A stretch of 64,000 nucleotides of DNA from Candidatus Hydrothermarchaeum profundi. Its GTDB lineage: Archaea; Hydrothermarchaeota; Hydrothermarchaeia; Hydrothermarchaeales; Hydrothermarchaeaceae. The notes under the pieces were generated by a model. It made no database searches, was not told the DNA's origin, and saw nothing but the letters and a program-made list of their open reading frames with translations. The stretch covers positions 1,032,989-1,096,988 of the forward strand of contig MTMF02000009.1 of the NCBI GenBank assembly GCA_002011125.2, written 5' to 3'. Numbering within the stretch: position 1 is the stretch's first letter; each line of letters begins with the position of its first letter. Shown in pieces: positions 31,010 to 41,048 of this stretch. Position numbers and translations under genes: made by a program.

Positions 31010-31797
31010 TTCTTCAATAACCCCATAGTCTGTTCATATATCCTATTATTTGCCGCAGCTATAATTGAAATCCACTCCATCTTTAATATAGTGGTATTCA
31101 AAGGTGAACCGGATTCATTGCCAGTTATTCCCCCTGCTTCTTCTACTATAAGTTTACCTGCCGCGATATCAGTTACTCTCAGCTTTTTTCTTAAATCGAT
31201 GAAGGCATGATAGCTCCCTTTAGCTAGGTAGCATAGTTCTAATGAAACACATCCGAGGTTTCTTATTCTTTTCGGCTTCTCTAGTAACTTGTCAATCCCT
31301 TTAATACCGTGCTCAACATATAATCCTATTGTACTATCTTCTAGGTATTCTATAGAGGATGTGTTTATCTTTTTTCCATTCAACTTTGCTCCTTTACCTT
31401 TTGTAGCCTCAAAAGTATCACCAGTGATAATATTCTTCACTAGACCATATTCAATATCGCTGAGAGTAGCGTTATTCTTATAAGGCGCTAATGCTATGGA
31501 GACAGAAGCGAGAGGAATGCCGCAGATAGCGTTAAATGACCCATCAATAGGGTCTAAAAGGCATATATATTCTGGCCGATCTCCTAGCCTTATTCTTCCA
31601 GCTTCTTCTGATAAAATCTCAACGGGTACTCCTTCATTTTTAAGGAAATTAATAGCTGTATCTTCAGCTACCTTGTCGATTTTCCTTGTATACTGTCCTC
31701 CAGCACCTTTTTTTATTATCTCATTGGCGTTTTGTGTCCCGATCAAATATTGGACAGAGCTGCTGACAATCTCAGCCATTTTATAAATATCAATCAT
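31006..31797 (-). CDS. inositol monophosphatase/FBPase family (possible NADP phosphatase)
   Basis: ILSEE, LDPIDGS, RIRNLG, DIAAG..IVEEAGG. Confidence 0.9.
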   Translation of the reverse strand: MIDIYKMAEIVSSSVQYLIGTQNANEIIKKGAGGQYTRKIDKVAEDTAINFLKNEGVPVEILSEEAGRIRLGDRPEYICLLDPIDGSFNAICGIPLASVSIALAPYKNNATLSDIEYGLVKNIITGDTFEATKGKGAKLNGKKINTSSIEYLEDSTIGLYVEHGIKGIDKLLEKPKRIRNLGCVSLELCYLAKGSYHAFIDLRKKLRVTDIAAGKLIVEEAGGITGNESGSPLNTTILKMEWISIIAAANNRIYEQTMGLLKK

Positions 31798-31878
31798 ACT
31801 ATTTCACTTCAAAGAACTTTAAATACTGACAAACTATTTATATACCTCATCTTTTGGTATAAATAGTGGAGGTAAAAC

Positions 31879-32274
31879 ATGGCTACAAGAGTAATTGAAG
31901 TCAAGGAATGCAAAGTAGGAAAATATGTAATTATAGATGGAGAGCCATGCAAGATAATAAGCGTTCAAACAGCTAAGACTGGAAAACATGGGCATGCCAA
32001 GGCGAGAGTAGAGGGCATTGGCATTTTAGACAATGCAAAAAGAAGTTTCGTAGCTCCGGTAGAATCCAAAGTGGAAGCACCGGTGATAGAGAAAAAAGTT
32101 GGGCAGATCATCTCGATTGGGAAGGACGCAGTCCAACTTATGGATTTAGAATCCTATGAAACTTTTGAACTTCCGAAACCTAGAGAAGATGAATTAGAAG
32201 GCTCGCTTGTAGAAGGCGCTGAGGTGGAATATATACAAACTATGGGTAAGAGAAAAATAACGCGGGTTAGATAA
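31879..32274 (+). CDS. eif5a: translation factor aIF5A
   Basis: Hypusine loop KTGKHGHAK. Confidence 0.97.
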   Translation: MATRVIEVKECKVGKYVIIDGEPCKIISVQTAKTGKHGHAKARVEGIGILDNAKRSFVAPVESKVEAPVIEKKVGQIISIGKDAVQLMDLESYETFELPKPREDELEGSLVEGAEVEYIQTMGKRKITRVR

Positions 32275-32285
32275 GGTGCGTTTTA

Positions 32286-33167
32286 TTGTTTACAGCTCCC
32301 TTTACTTTTGGTAGGAGGGAACTCAGCCTAAAGGAGGCTAGGTATGCTGTAATTGGTATACCCTACGATAGTAGCCAGTCGTATAGGTCAGGCTCGAGAC
32401 ATGCGCCAGCAGCTATTCGAGAGGCTTCAAGAGAAATAGAGGATTATGATATATTAAGTGATTTTAATTTGCATGACTTAAAAATATGTGACCTAGGAGA
32501 TATAGATGTCTCGTTTGGGTACTTTGAAGAGACTGCGAGAGTGATAGAGGATACCATTAGAGATATTCTGAAACACGATGTTATTCCAGTATCTCTAGGT
32601 GGCGAGCATACGATATCCTATGGGGTTATTCGAGCATTTGATAAAAAGCCTTTTTATGTCGTCTTAGATGCGCATTTAGATTTTAGAGATGAATATCTTA
32701 ATAATAGGTTTTCACATGCATGCGTACTTAGGAGAATAGGCGAGTTAGTGGGTTTTAAAAATATGCTTGCAATCGGGGTTAGGAGTGGCTCGTTAGAAGA
32801 GATAAATGGGGCTAAAGAAGCAGGTTTAAACTTCATAGATTTTAATGAATGCGAAAATTCCGATTCAGTTCTGGATAAGATTTCTGGCATAGTATCAGAT
32901 AAAAATGTATATCTATCAATTGATATGGATGTTCTTGACCCTGTGGAGGCTAGAGGGGTGGGTAATCCTGAGCCTCTTGGTTTCTCCTATCGTGAATTGT
33001 TGGGATACCTTAGAGCATTAAGTAGTAGTTCTAGGTTAATTGGCGTGGACCTAGTGGAGATTTGTCCGCAGTATGATAGTTATACCCCTATATTGGGAGC
33101 AAAGCTTATTTTTAAAGTCTTGGAGGCGTTTGAACGTCAAAGCCAGCTTTCTTTAGGGAAGAAATAA
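32286..33167 (+). CDS. speB: agmatinase
   Basis: GGEHTI, DAHLD, SHAC, SIDMDVLDP; lies directly after aIF5A, the usual archaeal linkage. Confidence 0.93.
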   Translation: MFTAPFTFGRRELSLKEARYAVIGIPYDSSQSYRSGSRHAPAAIREASREIEDYDILSDFNLHDLKICDLGDIDVSFGYFEETARVIEDTIRDILKHDVIPVSLGGEHTISYGVIRAFDKKPFYVVLDAHLDFRDEYLNNRFSHACVLRRIGELVGFKNMLAIGVRSGSLEEINGAKEAGLNFIDFNECENSDSVLDKISGIVSDKNVYLSIDMDVLDPVEARGVGNPEPLGFSYRELLGYLRALSSSSRLIGVDLVEICPQYDSYTPILGAKLIFKVLEAFERQSQLSLGKK

Positions 33168-34323
33168 TTTTATCGGAATGTTCTTTCCCCCAAGTTTCAA
33201 CAAGTAACTCAATCCTTGCGTAGCCTACGGGTATGTCTAATCTAATTCTATCGTGATTCACAGTAACTACATTTGCCTTAAGTTTACTTATTAAGGATAA
33301 CATATTCTTTAGTTCTCCAGGTTCATCTTTCACAATAGTTCTTATGCTAAGGTACCTCCCCTCCTTTACGAGTCCCCTCTCTATTATCCTTGAAATCAGA
33401 TTAGTATCTATATTCCCTCCACTTAATATGATAGCTGTCTTTTTCCCACTACAGTTTATCTTTTGGTTTATGCACGCAGCTAATCCCGCTGCACCTGCAC
33501 CTTCTGCAATGAGTTTTGCTCGCTCTAATAATAGAAGAATTGCACCTGCGATCTCTTCTTCCGTGACCGTTACAATGCTGTCTACATATTTTTTAACGAA
33601 TTGAAAGGTTATCTTACCTGGAGTTTTAACTGCAATTCCGTCGGCTATTGTAGTTTCAGGCGGTATAGAACACATCTTACCCCTTTCTAGGCTCACTTTC
33701 ATTGATGGGGACTTCTCAGATTCCACTCCAATTATCTTGACCTCAGGATTTAGCTGTTTAATGGTGAAAGCAATCCCGGAAATCAAACCTCCTCCTCCGA
33801 CAGGTACCACTACTTGATGTACATCTGGAAGGGACTCTAATATTTCGAGACCTATTGTGCCGTGCCCTGCTATTATTTGCGGATCGTCAAATGCGTGTAT
33901 AAAAGTGTATCCTTTTTCTTTTTGTATCTCTGTAGCTCTATTATAAGCTTCTTCATATCCTCTACCATATAGTAGAACTTTAGCACCGTAATGCCTTGTA
34001 GCCAACACTTTTATTATCGGGGAAAACTCTGGCATTACTATAGTGGCTTTTACTCCCATAATTTTTGCAGCGTACGCTACTCCCTGTGCGTGGTTTCCTA
34101 AAGAGGCAGTAATCACTCCTACCTTCTTTGCATTTTCGGGTAGATTTGCTATTTTATTTAAAGCCCCTCGAATTTTGAAGGACCCGGTTTTTTGGAGGTT
34201 TTCTGTTTTAAGATAAATATCCCCACCGCATTTTTCAGTAAATGTTTTAGAGGGTTCTAATTTAGTTCGGTGTATCTTTCCTTCGAGTAACTTATTTGCT
34301 TCGTAGATATCCTCTAGTTTAAT
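33112..34323 (-). CDS. ilvA: threonine ammonia-lyase with ACT domain; probable ATT start
   Basis: The frame stays open 69 codons upstream of the track start (34116) and contains LKTENLQKTGSFKIRGA with the PLP lysine. No ATG/GTG/TTG occurs before the upstream in-frame TAG. Confidence 0.9.
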   Translation of the reverse strand: MKLEDIYEANKLLEGKIHRTKLEPSKTFTEKCGGDIYLKTENLQKTGSFKIRGALNKIANLPENAKKVGVITASLGNHAQGVAYAAKIMGVKATIVMPEFSPIIKVLATRHYGAKVLLYGRGYEEAYNRATEIQKEKGYTFIHAFDDPQIIAGHGTIGLEILESLPDVHQVVVPVGGGGLISGIAFTIKQLNPEVKIIGVESEKSPSMKVSLERGKMCSIPPETTIADGIAVKTPGKITFQFVKKYVDSIVTVTEEEIAGAILLLLERAKLIAEGAGAAGLAACINQKINCSGKKTAIILSGGNIDTNLISRIIERGLVKEGRYLSIRTIVKDEPGELKNMLSLISKLKANVVTVNHDRIRLDIPVGYARIELLVETWGKEHSDKIISSLKKAGFDVQTPPRL

Positions 34324-34367
34324 GCTAATCCCCTTCTAAAGTATTATAAAAAGGTATATAAAATAGT

Positions 34368-34649
34368 GTGGGAGAAGGAGTAAGAGTGACGGAAGTACTA
34401 GATGCATTGAAAATAGTAATAGGAATGGCGATACTCATATTAGGGCTATTGATTTTCTTTGAGTCAGGAGTTTTTTTAGACGCTACTCTAGCTATATTGG
34501 AGGCGGGTTACAATCCGAATGCCTTAGAAAATGCAATGCTGTTTGGTAAGGTGCATACTTATTCGGTAGTCCTAATATGCATTGGTATATTAATAACGGC
34601 TGACGGACTTCTGAGACCTCTTATAAGAGAGTTCTCAAGGAGACAATAA
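34368..34649 (+). CDS. hypothetical 2-TM membrane protein
   Basis: Hydrophobic ORF upstream of srp54; GGAG before an alternative GTG at 34386. Confidence 0.65.
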   Translation: MGEGVRVTEVLDALKIVIGMAILILGLLIFFESGVFLDATLAILEAGYNPNALENAMLFGKVHTYSVVLICIGILITADGLLRPLIREFSRRQ

Positions 34650-34689
34650 CCTTTTATTTTGGTAAATAGTACTTATCTTGAAGATTTAA

Positions 34690-36006
34690 ATGGTCTTAGA
34701 AAAATTAGGAGAAGCAATGACTGGGGTGGTTAGGAAGATATCCTTAGCCGCCTTAGTTGATGAAAGACTTGTAAAGGAGATAGTGAGAGATATACAAAGG
34801 GCTCTATTAAGCGCTGATGTTAATGTAAAGCTTGTAATGGAGCTTTCAAAGAAGATAGAAAGAAGAGCACTTAAAGAAAAACCCAAGCCTGGGCTTTCAA
34901 GAAAAGAACACACTCTAGCGATTCTCTATGAAGAGTTAGTTAACATTCTTGGACAGGGGCGGGAATGGAAGCCAGCACCGGGGAAGGTAATGCTTGTAGG
35001 ATTACAGGGCTCAGGAAAAACAACAACTACAGTAAAGCTTGCGCGATTTTATACGAAGTATGGTTTAAAGCCCTTTATTATCGCTGCAGATACTTATAGA
35101 CCTGCAGCATATGAGCAGATAATGCAGCTGGCTGAGCCACTGAATATAAAAGTATATGGAGACCCGAAAGCTAACGATCCCGTAGAAATCATAAAAAAAG
35201 GGCTAGAAAAACGAAAAGGTGACGTAGTAATAATTGATACGGCAGGGCGGCATAAGTCAGAAAAGGAACTTTTTGAAGAGATGAAGGCCATAGCAACCCT
35301 CGCAAAACCTGATGAGAAGCTCCTTGTGATAGACTCTACCATAGGGCAACAAGCTGGAGCACAGGCAAAGGCTTTTTCAGATGCTATAGGGATTACGGGG
35401 GTTATTTTAACAAAGTTAGATGGATCTGCGAAAGGAGGCGGAGCTCTCTCAGCCGTAGCTGAAACATCTTCTCCCGTAATGTTTGTTGGTACTGGAGAGA
35501 AAATCGAGGATTTTGAATTCTTCGATCCAAATAGGTTTATGTCTAGGCTTTTAGGTATGGGGGACTTAGCGAGTTTAATGGAAAAAGCGAGAGAGGTAGA
35601 AGAAGAGAAAGTCAGGGATATTTTGAAGGGAGAGTTCACACTAGTAGATCTTCAGTCTCAGATAGAGGCGATTAGAAAAATGGGTCCTCTTGGAAATCTC
35701 ATTAATATGATCCCCGGCATGGGTATGAGCATCCCTAAAGAAGCCCAGCGTGTGACTGAGGAAAAAATGAACAAGTTTTTAGTTATTATTAATTCTATGA
35801 CCAAAGAAGAGAAGTCTAAGCCAAAAATTATTGATTCTTCTAGAATAAGAAGAATAGCTAGAGGCTCAGGTACTAGACCAGAGGACGTTAAGGAATTGAT
35901 GAACTATTATAAGATGATGAAAAAAGCAATTAAGGGCTTCAAAAAAGGAGCTTTTGGAAGGAGGGTGCCAAGGGGTTTTGAAAAGATGTTAAAGACGTTA
36001 AGGTAG
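34690..36006 (+). CDS. srp54: signal recognition particle protein SRP54
   Basis: GLQGSGKTT, DTYRPAA, DTAGRH, TKLD, M-domain SRIRRIARGSG. Confidence 0.97.
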   Translation: MVLEKLGEAMTGVVRKISLAALVDERLVKEIVRDIQRALLSADVNVKLVMELSKKIERRALKEKPKPGLSRKEHTLAILYEELVNILGQGREWKPAPGKVMLVGLQGSGKTTTTVKLARFYTKYGLKPFIIAADTYRPAAYEQIMQLAEPLNIKVYGDPKANDPVEIIKKGLEKRKGDVVIIDTAGRHKSEKELFEEMKAIATLAKPDEKLLVIDSTIGQQAGAQAKAFSDAIGITGVILTKLDGSAKGGGALSAVAETSSPVMFVGTGEKIEDFEFFDPNRFMSRLLGMGDLASLMEKAREVEEEKVRDILKGEFTLVDLQSQIEAIRKMGPLGNLINMIPGMGMSIPKEAQRVTEEKMNKFLVIINSMTKEEKSKPKIIDSSRIRRIARGSGTRPEDVKELMNYYKMMKKAIKGFKKGAFGRRVPRGFEKMLKTLR

Positions 36007-36078
36007 AAAAAGAAAAATATATAAATATTGAAGAATAATCTTTTAAAAAATCGATTTCATTAGATTGGAGTAGGTCAC

Positions 36079-36378
36079 ATGGAAAGATCAAAAGGGTTTA
36101 GAAGTAAAACTAGGCATAAATTGAGGAAAAAACCTCGCGATAGAGGTAAGATACCTGTAACTAGGATGATTAGAGAATTTAACATCGGGGATAAAGTTCA
36201 TATAGTGATAGAGCCGAGTGTGCAAAAAGGGCAACCACATCCTAGGTTTCATGGAAAAACAGGAACTATAGTTGAAAAGAGAGGGAAATCTTACCTAGTT
36301 GAAGTATCTGATAACGATGCAAAAAAAATTGTTATTTCTGCTCCGGTACATCTCATCCCACAAGGTGGTAAAAAATGA
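36079..36378 (+). CDS. rpl21e: 50S ribosomal protein L21e
   Basis: SKGFRSKTR and KGQPHPRFHGKTG. Confidence 0.97.
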   Translation: MERSKGFRSKTRHKLRKKPRDRGKIPVTRMIREFNIGDKVHIVIEPSVQKGQPHPRFHGKTGTIVEKRGKSYLVEVSDNDAKKIVISAPVHLIPQGGKK

Positions 36379-36713
36379 TTGGGAAAAGGGTTGTAGAGGA
36401 GAGGCCTATTACGTTATCAGAAGCAAAGGCTCTCCTTGAAAAAAGAGCTGAAAGCGGTGGAGAGCTTAATTATGAACAGAAAACTAGTTTAGATTATCTG
36501 GCTAAGTTCTCTAAGCTCACTCCTGAACAATCAAGAAAAATAGTTGAGGATTTAGTGGCGAAGAGCGATAAAATTAAACCTGAAATTGCGGTAAAGATTG
36601 TAGACCTCCTGCCCAAAGATGAGGAAGACGTTAGAGCTATTTTTGCTAAGCAGAGATTTACTTTGACTAAGGAAGAGATTGAGGCTATCCTCGCTACTTT
36701 GCCAAAAGAGTAG
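36375..36713 (+). CDS. rpo4: RNA polymerase subunit F (Rpo4)
   Basis: MIGKRVVEE, LNYEQ, AVKIVDLLP; conserved position after rpl21e. Confidence 0.93.
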   Translation: MIGKRVVEERPITLSEAKALLEKRAESGGELNYEQKTSLDYLAKFSKLTPEQSRKIVEDLVAKSDKIKPEIAVKIVDLLPKDEEDVRAIFAKQRFTLTKEEIEAILATLPKE

Positions 36714-36723
36714 GGCGAATTTT

Positions 36724-37314
36724 ATGGGCATGGAGGAATATGCTATCATTTTGGATTATAGGCCTCACGGTCATCCAGAAGACTCTAGGCCGATTTATAA
36801 GCGAGAGCCAATAGCGTATGCCATAGGGGAGGATTATCTCACTTTAATAGAGTTGGTTCCCAAGAGAGGAGTTGAGCTTAAACCCCATGAAAGGGTCTAT
36901 ATAGGAAAAGAGGGGAGGGATAAGATTGATTATATAAAAAGAAGGATTACTGCCGATGAACTCACTGCAGCCGCCAAAAGCGAGCTTCCTTATGCCGTTG
37001 AAACCATTGTAAGCAAGAAAGAGAAGAAATTTGTTGATTTTTTTAACTCAGCGGGCCCTATTTCAACAAGGCTTCATCGTCTGGAATTACTCCCAGGCAT
37101 TGGTAAGAAACTAATGTGGGAGATATTAGAAGAAAGAAAAAAGAAACCCTTTGAGTCGTTTGAAGATATATCTAGGAGGATAAAATCCCTTCCCGATCCG
37201 AAAAAGTTGATAGTTAAGAGAATAGTTACCGAACTTGAGGATGAGGGTGAGAAACTAGGTAAACGAAAATATAAGTTATTTGTCTCTCCGCCTCCGGCGA
37301 GGAGAGAAAGGTGA
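36724..37314 (+). CDS. DUF655 family RNA-binding protein
   Basis: EEYAIILDY, FFNSAGPISTRLHRLELLPGIGKK; ATG 36724/36730 preferred over the track start. Confidence 0.9.
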   Translation: MGMEEYAIILDYRPHGHPEDSRPIYKREPIAYAIGEDYLTLIELVPKRGVELKPHERVYIGKEGRDKIDYIKRRITADELTAAAKSELPYAVETIVSKKEKKFVDFFNSAGPISTRLHRLELLPGIGKKLMWEILEERKKKPFESFEDISRRIKSLPDPKKLIVKRIVTELEDEGEKLGKRKYKLFVSPPPARRER

Positions 37315-38141
37315 ACTTGCTAGATGAAACAAAGCTACTTTTAAAGAAATACCATGTGCATTTAAAAGAACGTCTCGGACAGAATTTCATAGTTGATGAA
37401 GGAGCTGTAGAGAGGCAGATTCAGTATGCTAAGTTATGTAGGGATGATACAGTAATAGAATTTGGGGCAGGATTAGGGACGCTCACTAAAGTGCTTATTG
37501 AGAATTCTGGCAAAGTTATTGCAGTTGAAAAGGACTCCTTACTAGCAAAGATATTGAGGGACAGATTTACTCAGAAAAACCTAGAGGTTATAGAAGGAGA
37601 TGCTCTTAAAATAACTTGGCCCTCCTTTAACAAAACGGTTTCTAACATACCTTATAGCATCTCTTCTCCTCTGACTTTCAGAATATTAAAGAGCGATTTT
37701 GAGGTCGCAATACTGACATATCAGAAAGAGTTCGCTGAGAGATTAGTAGCTAAGCCTGGTACTCCAGATTATTCTCGACTTTCGATTGCAACGTACTATT
37801 ATGCAGACGCCGAGATTCTAGAAGTACTCCCTCCAAAATCTTTTTATCCTCCTCCTAAAGTAGACTCTGCAGTTGTAAAGCTAACTCCTAAAATAAAAAA
37901 GCCTTTTTCAGTTGATGAGGATTTCTTTCTTAATACGTTAAGGGGGCTTTTCGTGCATAAGAAAAAGACGGTAAAGAATGCTCTTTATCATTCTCGAGAG
38001 ATTTTTGGATTTAAGGACGGTAAAGAATGGAAAAAAATATTGAATACCTTTATTCCAGCATATTTATTGGAAAAGAGAGTTTTTATGCTTGATCCAGAGG
38101 AAGTGGCTGAGGTATGCAATATTTTAAAAGAAATGGTGTAA
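37311..38141 (+). CDS. rsmA: 16S rRNA adenine dimethyltransferase KsgA/Dim1
   Basis: LGQNF, EFGAGLG, SNIPYSISS, QKEFAERL, PPPKVDS. Confidence 0.95.
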   Translation: MNLLDETKLLLKKYHVHLKERLGQNFIVDEGAVERQIQYAKLCRDDTVIEFGAGLGTLTKVLIENSGKVIAVEKDSLLAKILRDRFTQKNLEVIEGDALKITWPSFNKTVSNIPYSISSPLTFRILKSDFEVAILTYQKEFAERLVAKPGTPDYSRLSIATYYYADAEILEVLPPKSFYPPPKVDSAVVKLTPKIKKPFSVDEDFFLNTLRGLFVHKKKTVKNALYHSREIFGFKDGKEWKKILNTFIPAYLLEKRVFMLDPEEVAEVCNILKEMV

Positions 38142-38707
38142 CCTATAGGTTCAAGGTATTCCCGGAAGTTTATCCTCCAAGTGATGATTCCTTTTTACTG
38201 GCAGAGAATTTTGAAGTAAAAAGAAATATGTCAGTTCTAGATATGGGAACAGGATGCGGTATTCAGGGAATTGTGGCATCAAATGAAGGTGCGGCGGTTA
38301 CAGCTTGCGATTTGAATAAGAAGGCCCTCTACTGTGCAAAATATAATGCAGAGCTTAATGGGGTTGAAATAAAGCTTGTACTTAGCGATCTTTTTTCTTC
38401 GATTGAAGGGTTATTTGATGTCATACTTTTCAATCCTCCTTACTTAATATCCGATTCTCAGGAACCAACTGACTTACTTAAGAAGGCATGGGATGGAGGA
38501 GCTGGGGGCAGAGAAGTTATTGATAGGTTCTTATTTGAGGTAGAGGATTATTTGAGTAAAAATGGGAGAATTTTTTTAGTACAATCTTCTCTAAACGACC
38601 TTGCCAGAACTTTAAGTTTGATCAAAGAAAAGGGGTTTAATGCCACTGTAAAAGCTGAAAAAAAGCTTTTTTTCGAGAGACTTTACCTTTTAGACATCTT
38701 TAAATAG
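38114..38707 (+). CDS. HemK2/PrmC-family methyltransferase
   Basis: VYPPSDDS, DMGTGCG, NPPY, WDGG.GGR. Confidence 0.9.
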   Translation: MQYFKRNGVTYRFKVFPEVYPPSDDSFLLAENFEVKRNMSVLDMGTGCGIQGIVASNEGAAVTACDLNKKALYCAKYNAELNGVEIKLVLSDLFSSIEGLFDVILFNPPYLISDSQEPTDLLKKAWDGGAGGREVIDRFLFEVEDYLSKNGRIFLVQSSLNDLARTLSLIKEKGFNATVKAEKKLFFERLYLLDIFK

Positions 38708-38759
38708 ATACAACTTATTATCAACCTTTTTCTAAAGTGAAAAAATTGAGTAGTAAAAA

Positions 38760-39527
38760 ATGGATAAAGAAACCTTTGACTTGATATACATGGAACTTAA
38801 TGACTCAAATATAACCACGTTAGCTGAAAAATATGGAGTAACTGAAGAAACACTTCAAGCAGTATTAAATTTAAAACTTGTAAGACAGAATAAGAGGCTC
38901 TATAGAGATGTTAAGAAAAATCCCGGGCATATACTAAGGCGTTGGAAGGAGGGTGCATCCCTACTAACTATATCTTCTGAGACCGGAGTTTCACCGGCAC
39001 TTACGGCGTTATATTTAATGAGGGAGATAGGATTTACAAAGAAGGAATCTAGGATGTACTTAAGAGATCCTGCGAGAATAAGAAACAACAGTAGGCTGAG
39101 ACAAGAGGTGAGTGAAGCAGTTGAAAAAGACTTTCTCTATTCGCCGCAAGCACATAAGTTGCAGATGGAGAGGGCGAAGCTTGGAGAAGAGATATTGGGA
39201 GAATGGCTAGCTGGGAACGGAGTCGTTTTCATAGAAAAGAATAATACAAATAAAAATCCTGATTTTCTTTTTGAGAATCCCTTTGTGTATAAGGGTAGAG
39301 AAACGTATTGGGCAGATAGCAAAGCAATTTTTGCAGATGAAAAGGAACATAAGAGGTATATATCCAAACAGTTTTCGAGTTATATAGAGTTGTTTGGTCC
39401 GGGAATAGTAGTCTACTGGTATGGCTTTGTAGATTCTATTCTTTTTCTACAACCTGAGATAGTAGTGATGGATTGTAAGTCGATCTCAAATCCTAAGATA
39501 GAAAAGCTCTTTGAAAAAATAAGATGA
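38760..39527 (+). CDS. C15orf41/CDIN1 (TPD-domain) PD-(D/E)xK nuclease-like protein
   Basis: Helical N-terminus, then NPDFL, WADSKA, QF..Y..LFGPGIVVYWYGF. Confidence 0.8.
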   Translation: MDKETFDLIYMELNDSNITTLAEKYGVTEETLQAVLNLKLVRQNKRLYRDVKKNPGHILRRWKEGASLLTISSETGVSPALTALYLMREIGFTKKESRMYLRDPARIRNNSRLRQEVSEAVEKDFLYSPQAHKLQMERAKLGEEILGEWLAGNGVVFIEKNNTNKNPDFLFENPFVYKGRETYWADSKAIFADEKEHKRYISKQFSSYIELFGPGIVVYWYGFVDSILFLQPEIVVMDCKSISNPKIEKLFEKIR

Positions 39528-39913
39528 AAGTTTATACCATAGGTTACTCTGGAAAGAGTCTTGAGAATTTTATCAAGGAATTAAAGAGAGAAGGCATAGA
39601 CATGGTAGTAGATATCCGCGCTTTCCCTACGTCAAAATATGAATCATTCAAAAAGGAAAATCTTAAAGCTTTTTTACATAGTGAAAAAATAGGATACATA
39701 CATATTCCAGAATTAGGAGGATTTAGAAAACCCTCCTATGAAGAGTATACAAAGACTGAGGAATTCAAAGTAGGTTTAAGGAAATTAATGAAAATAGCAA
39801 GTTCTAGTAATGCTGTGATAATGTGTTTAGAGAAAAATCCAAAGTCATGTCACAGGCGTTTTATTTCTAGCAGTCTCGAGTCATTGGGAGTTGAAGTAGT
39901 TCACTTGGTTTGA
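39524..39913 (+). CDS. DUF488 family protein
   Basis: YTIGYS, VDIR.FP.S, ELGG.R, MCLE...CHR. Confidence 0.9.
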   Translation: MKVYTIGYSGKSLENFIKELKREGIDMVVDIRAFPTSKYESFKKENLKAFLHSEKIGYIHIPELGGFRKPSYEEYTKTEEFKVGLRKLMKIASSSNAVIMCLEKNPKSCHRRFISSSLESLGVEVVHLV

Positions 39914-41028
39914 GAATTATGGATGAAGATATTTTTTATGATAGTCAGCTATTACTCAAAGCTATTGAGAGGGCAGATAGGATACACAGAGAGGTGCATG
40001 GTGACTATGTTACTCTAGAAAGAGCTCTTTTCCTCTCGTGGTGGTGCGATATAGGTGACTGCAGGTTTTGTTATATGTCAACTCAAAAACCAAGGCTGAA
40101 GGATCCTATTAAAGCAAGAAGAAAGCCTTGGAGTATTCTCGCAGAAGCAGAGCTTTGCAGTAGGATCGGGTGGAGAATAGAATTTTTATCAAGTGGTTAT
40201 GGCTCTTATGATGCCCCTGAAATTAAAGAGATAGCCGAAATGGTGGCTTTTGTTACTAGGAGGCCTGTCTGGCTTAATATAGGAGCCTTGAAAAAGGAAG
40301 AACTTGAAGTTTTTGGAGAAGAAATCTGCGGAGTTATAGGCTCAATTGAAACAATAAACGAGGAAATCCGCAGTAGAGTCTGCCCAAGTAAGCCTATACC
40401 GAGAATTATCGAAATGCTTGATGAGGCCAAGGATAAAGGATTAAAAACGGGTATAACGATCATCTTGGGGCTTGGAGAAACTATTGAGGATATTCCCCGG
40501 CTGATGGATTTCATATCTGATTTTAAGCTGGATAGAGTGACATATTACTCACTAAACCCTCATACAGGAACTATATTTGAGAATTCTCCATCTCCTGCTT
40601 CTCTTTATCAGGCAGGAGTCATTGCACTAACTAGAATAAATTTTCCGAAAATCGAGATCATTGGAGGCACTTGGGTAGACCAGCTTCCAAATATCGGCCC
40701 CATGCTTTTAGCTGGAGTCAATGGCCTGACTAAATATCCTTTATTTAATATATTTGGAAACAAATACGGTAAAAAGGTAGAGGAAGAAATAAAATTTGCT
40801 AACAGAAAAATAATCGGGACGTTTTCCGATATAGAGGTTTTAATGGGAAATAAAAAGCTTAATGAGAGTTCTGATCTATACCGGATGTTACCCGTTAAAG
40901 CTCCGAAAGTATCTAAGAGTGCCGTGGATAAAGTAAACTACTTTAGAGAGAGAATTGAGGATATGAAGGAAAACTATATAAAAGGAGTCCTCGGAAAGAC
41001 TTCAAGAAAGTCTACTAAAGTCTTTTAG
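39910..41028 (+). CDS. biotin-synthase-like radical SAM protein (Cx4Cx2C)
   Basis: [28 protein letters not shown]. Confidence 0.82.
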   Translation: MRIMDEDIFYDSQLLLKAIERADRIHREVHGDYVTLERALFLSWWCDIGDCRFCYMSTQKPRLKDPIKARRKPWSILAEAELCSRIGWRIEFLSSGYGSYDAPEIKEIAEMVAFVTRRPVWLNIGALKKEELEVFGEEICGVIGSIETINEEIRSRVCPSKPIPRIIEMLDEAKDKGLKTGITIILGLGETIEDIPRLMDFISDFKLDRVTYYSLNPHTGTIFENSPSPASLYQAGVIALTRINFPKIEIIGGTWVDQLPNIGPMLLAGVNGLTKYPLFNIFGNKYGKKVEEEIKFANRKIIGTFSDIEVLMGNKKLNESSDLYRMLPVKAPKVSKSAVDKVNYFRERIEDMKENYIKGVLGKTSRKSTKVF

Positions 41029-41048
41029 ACAAATACGGAGGTGGTACT

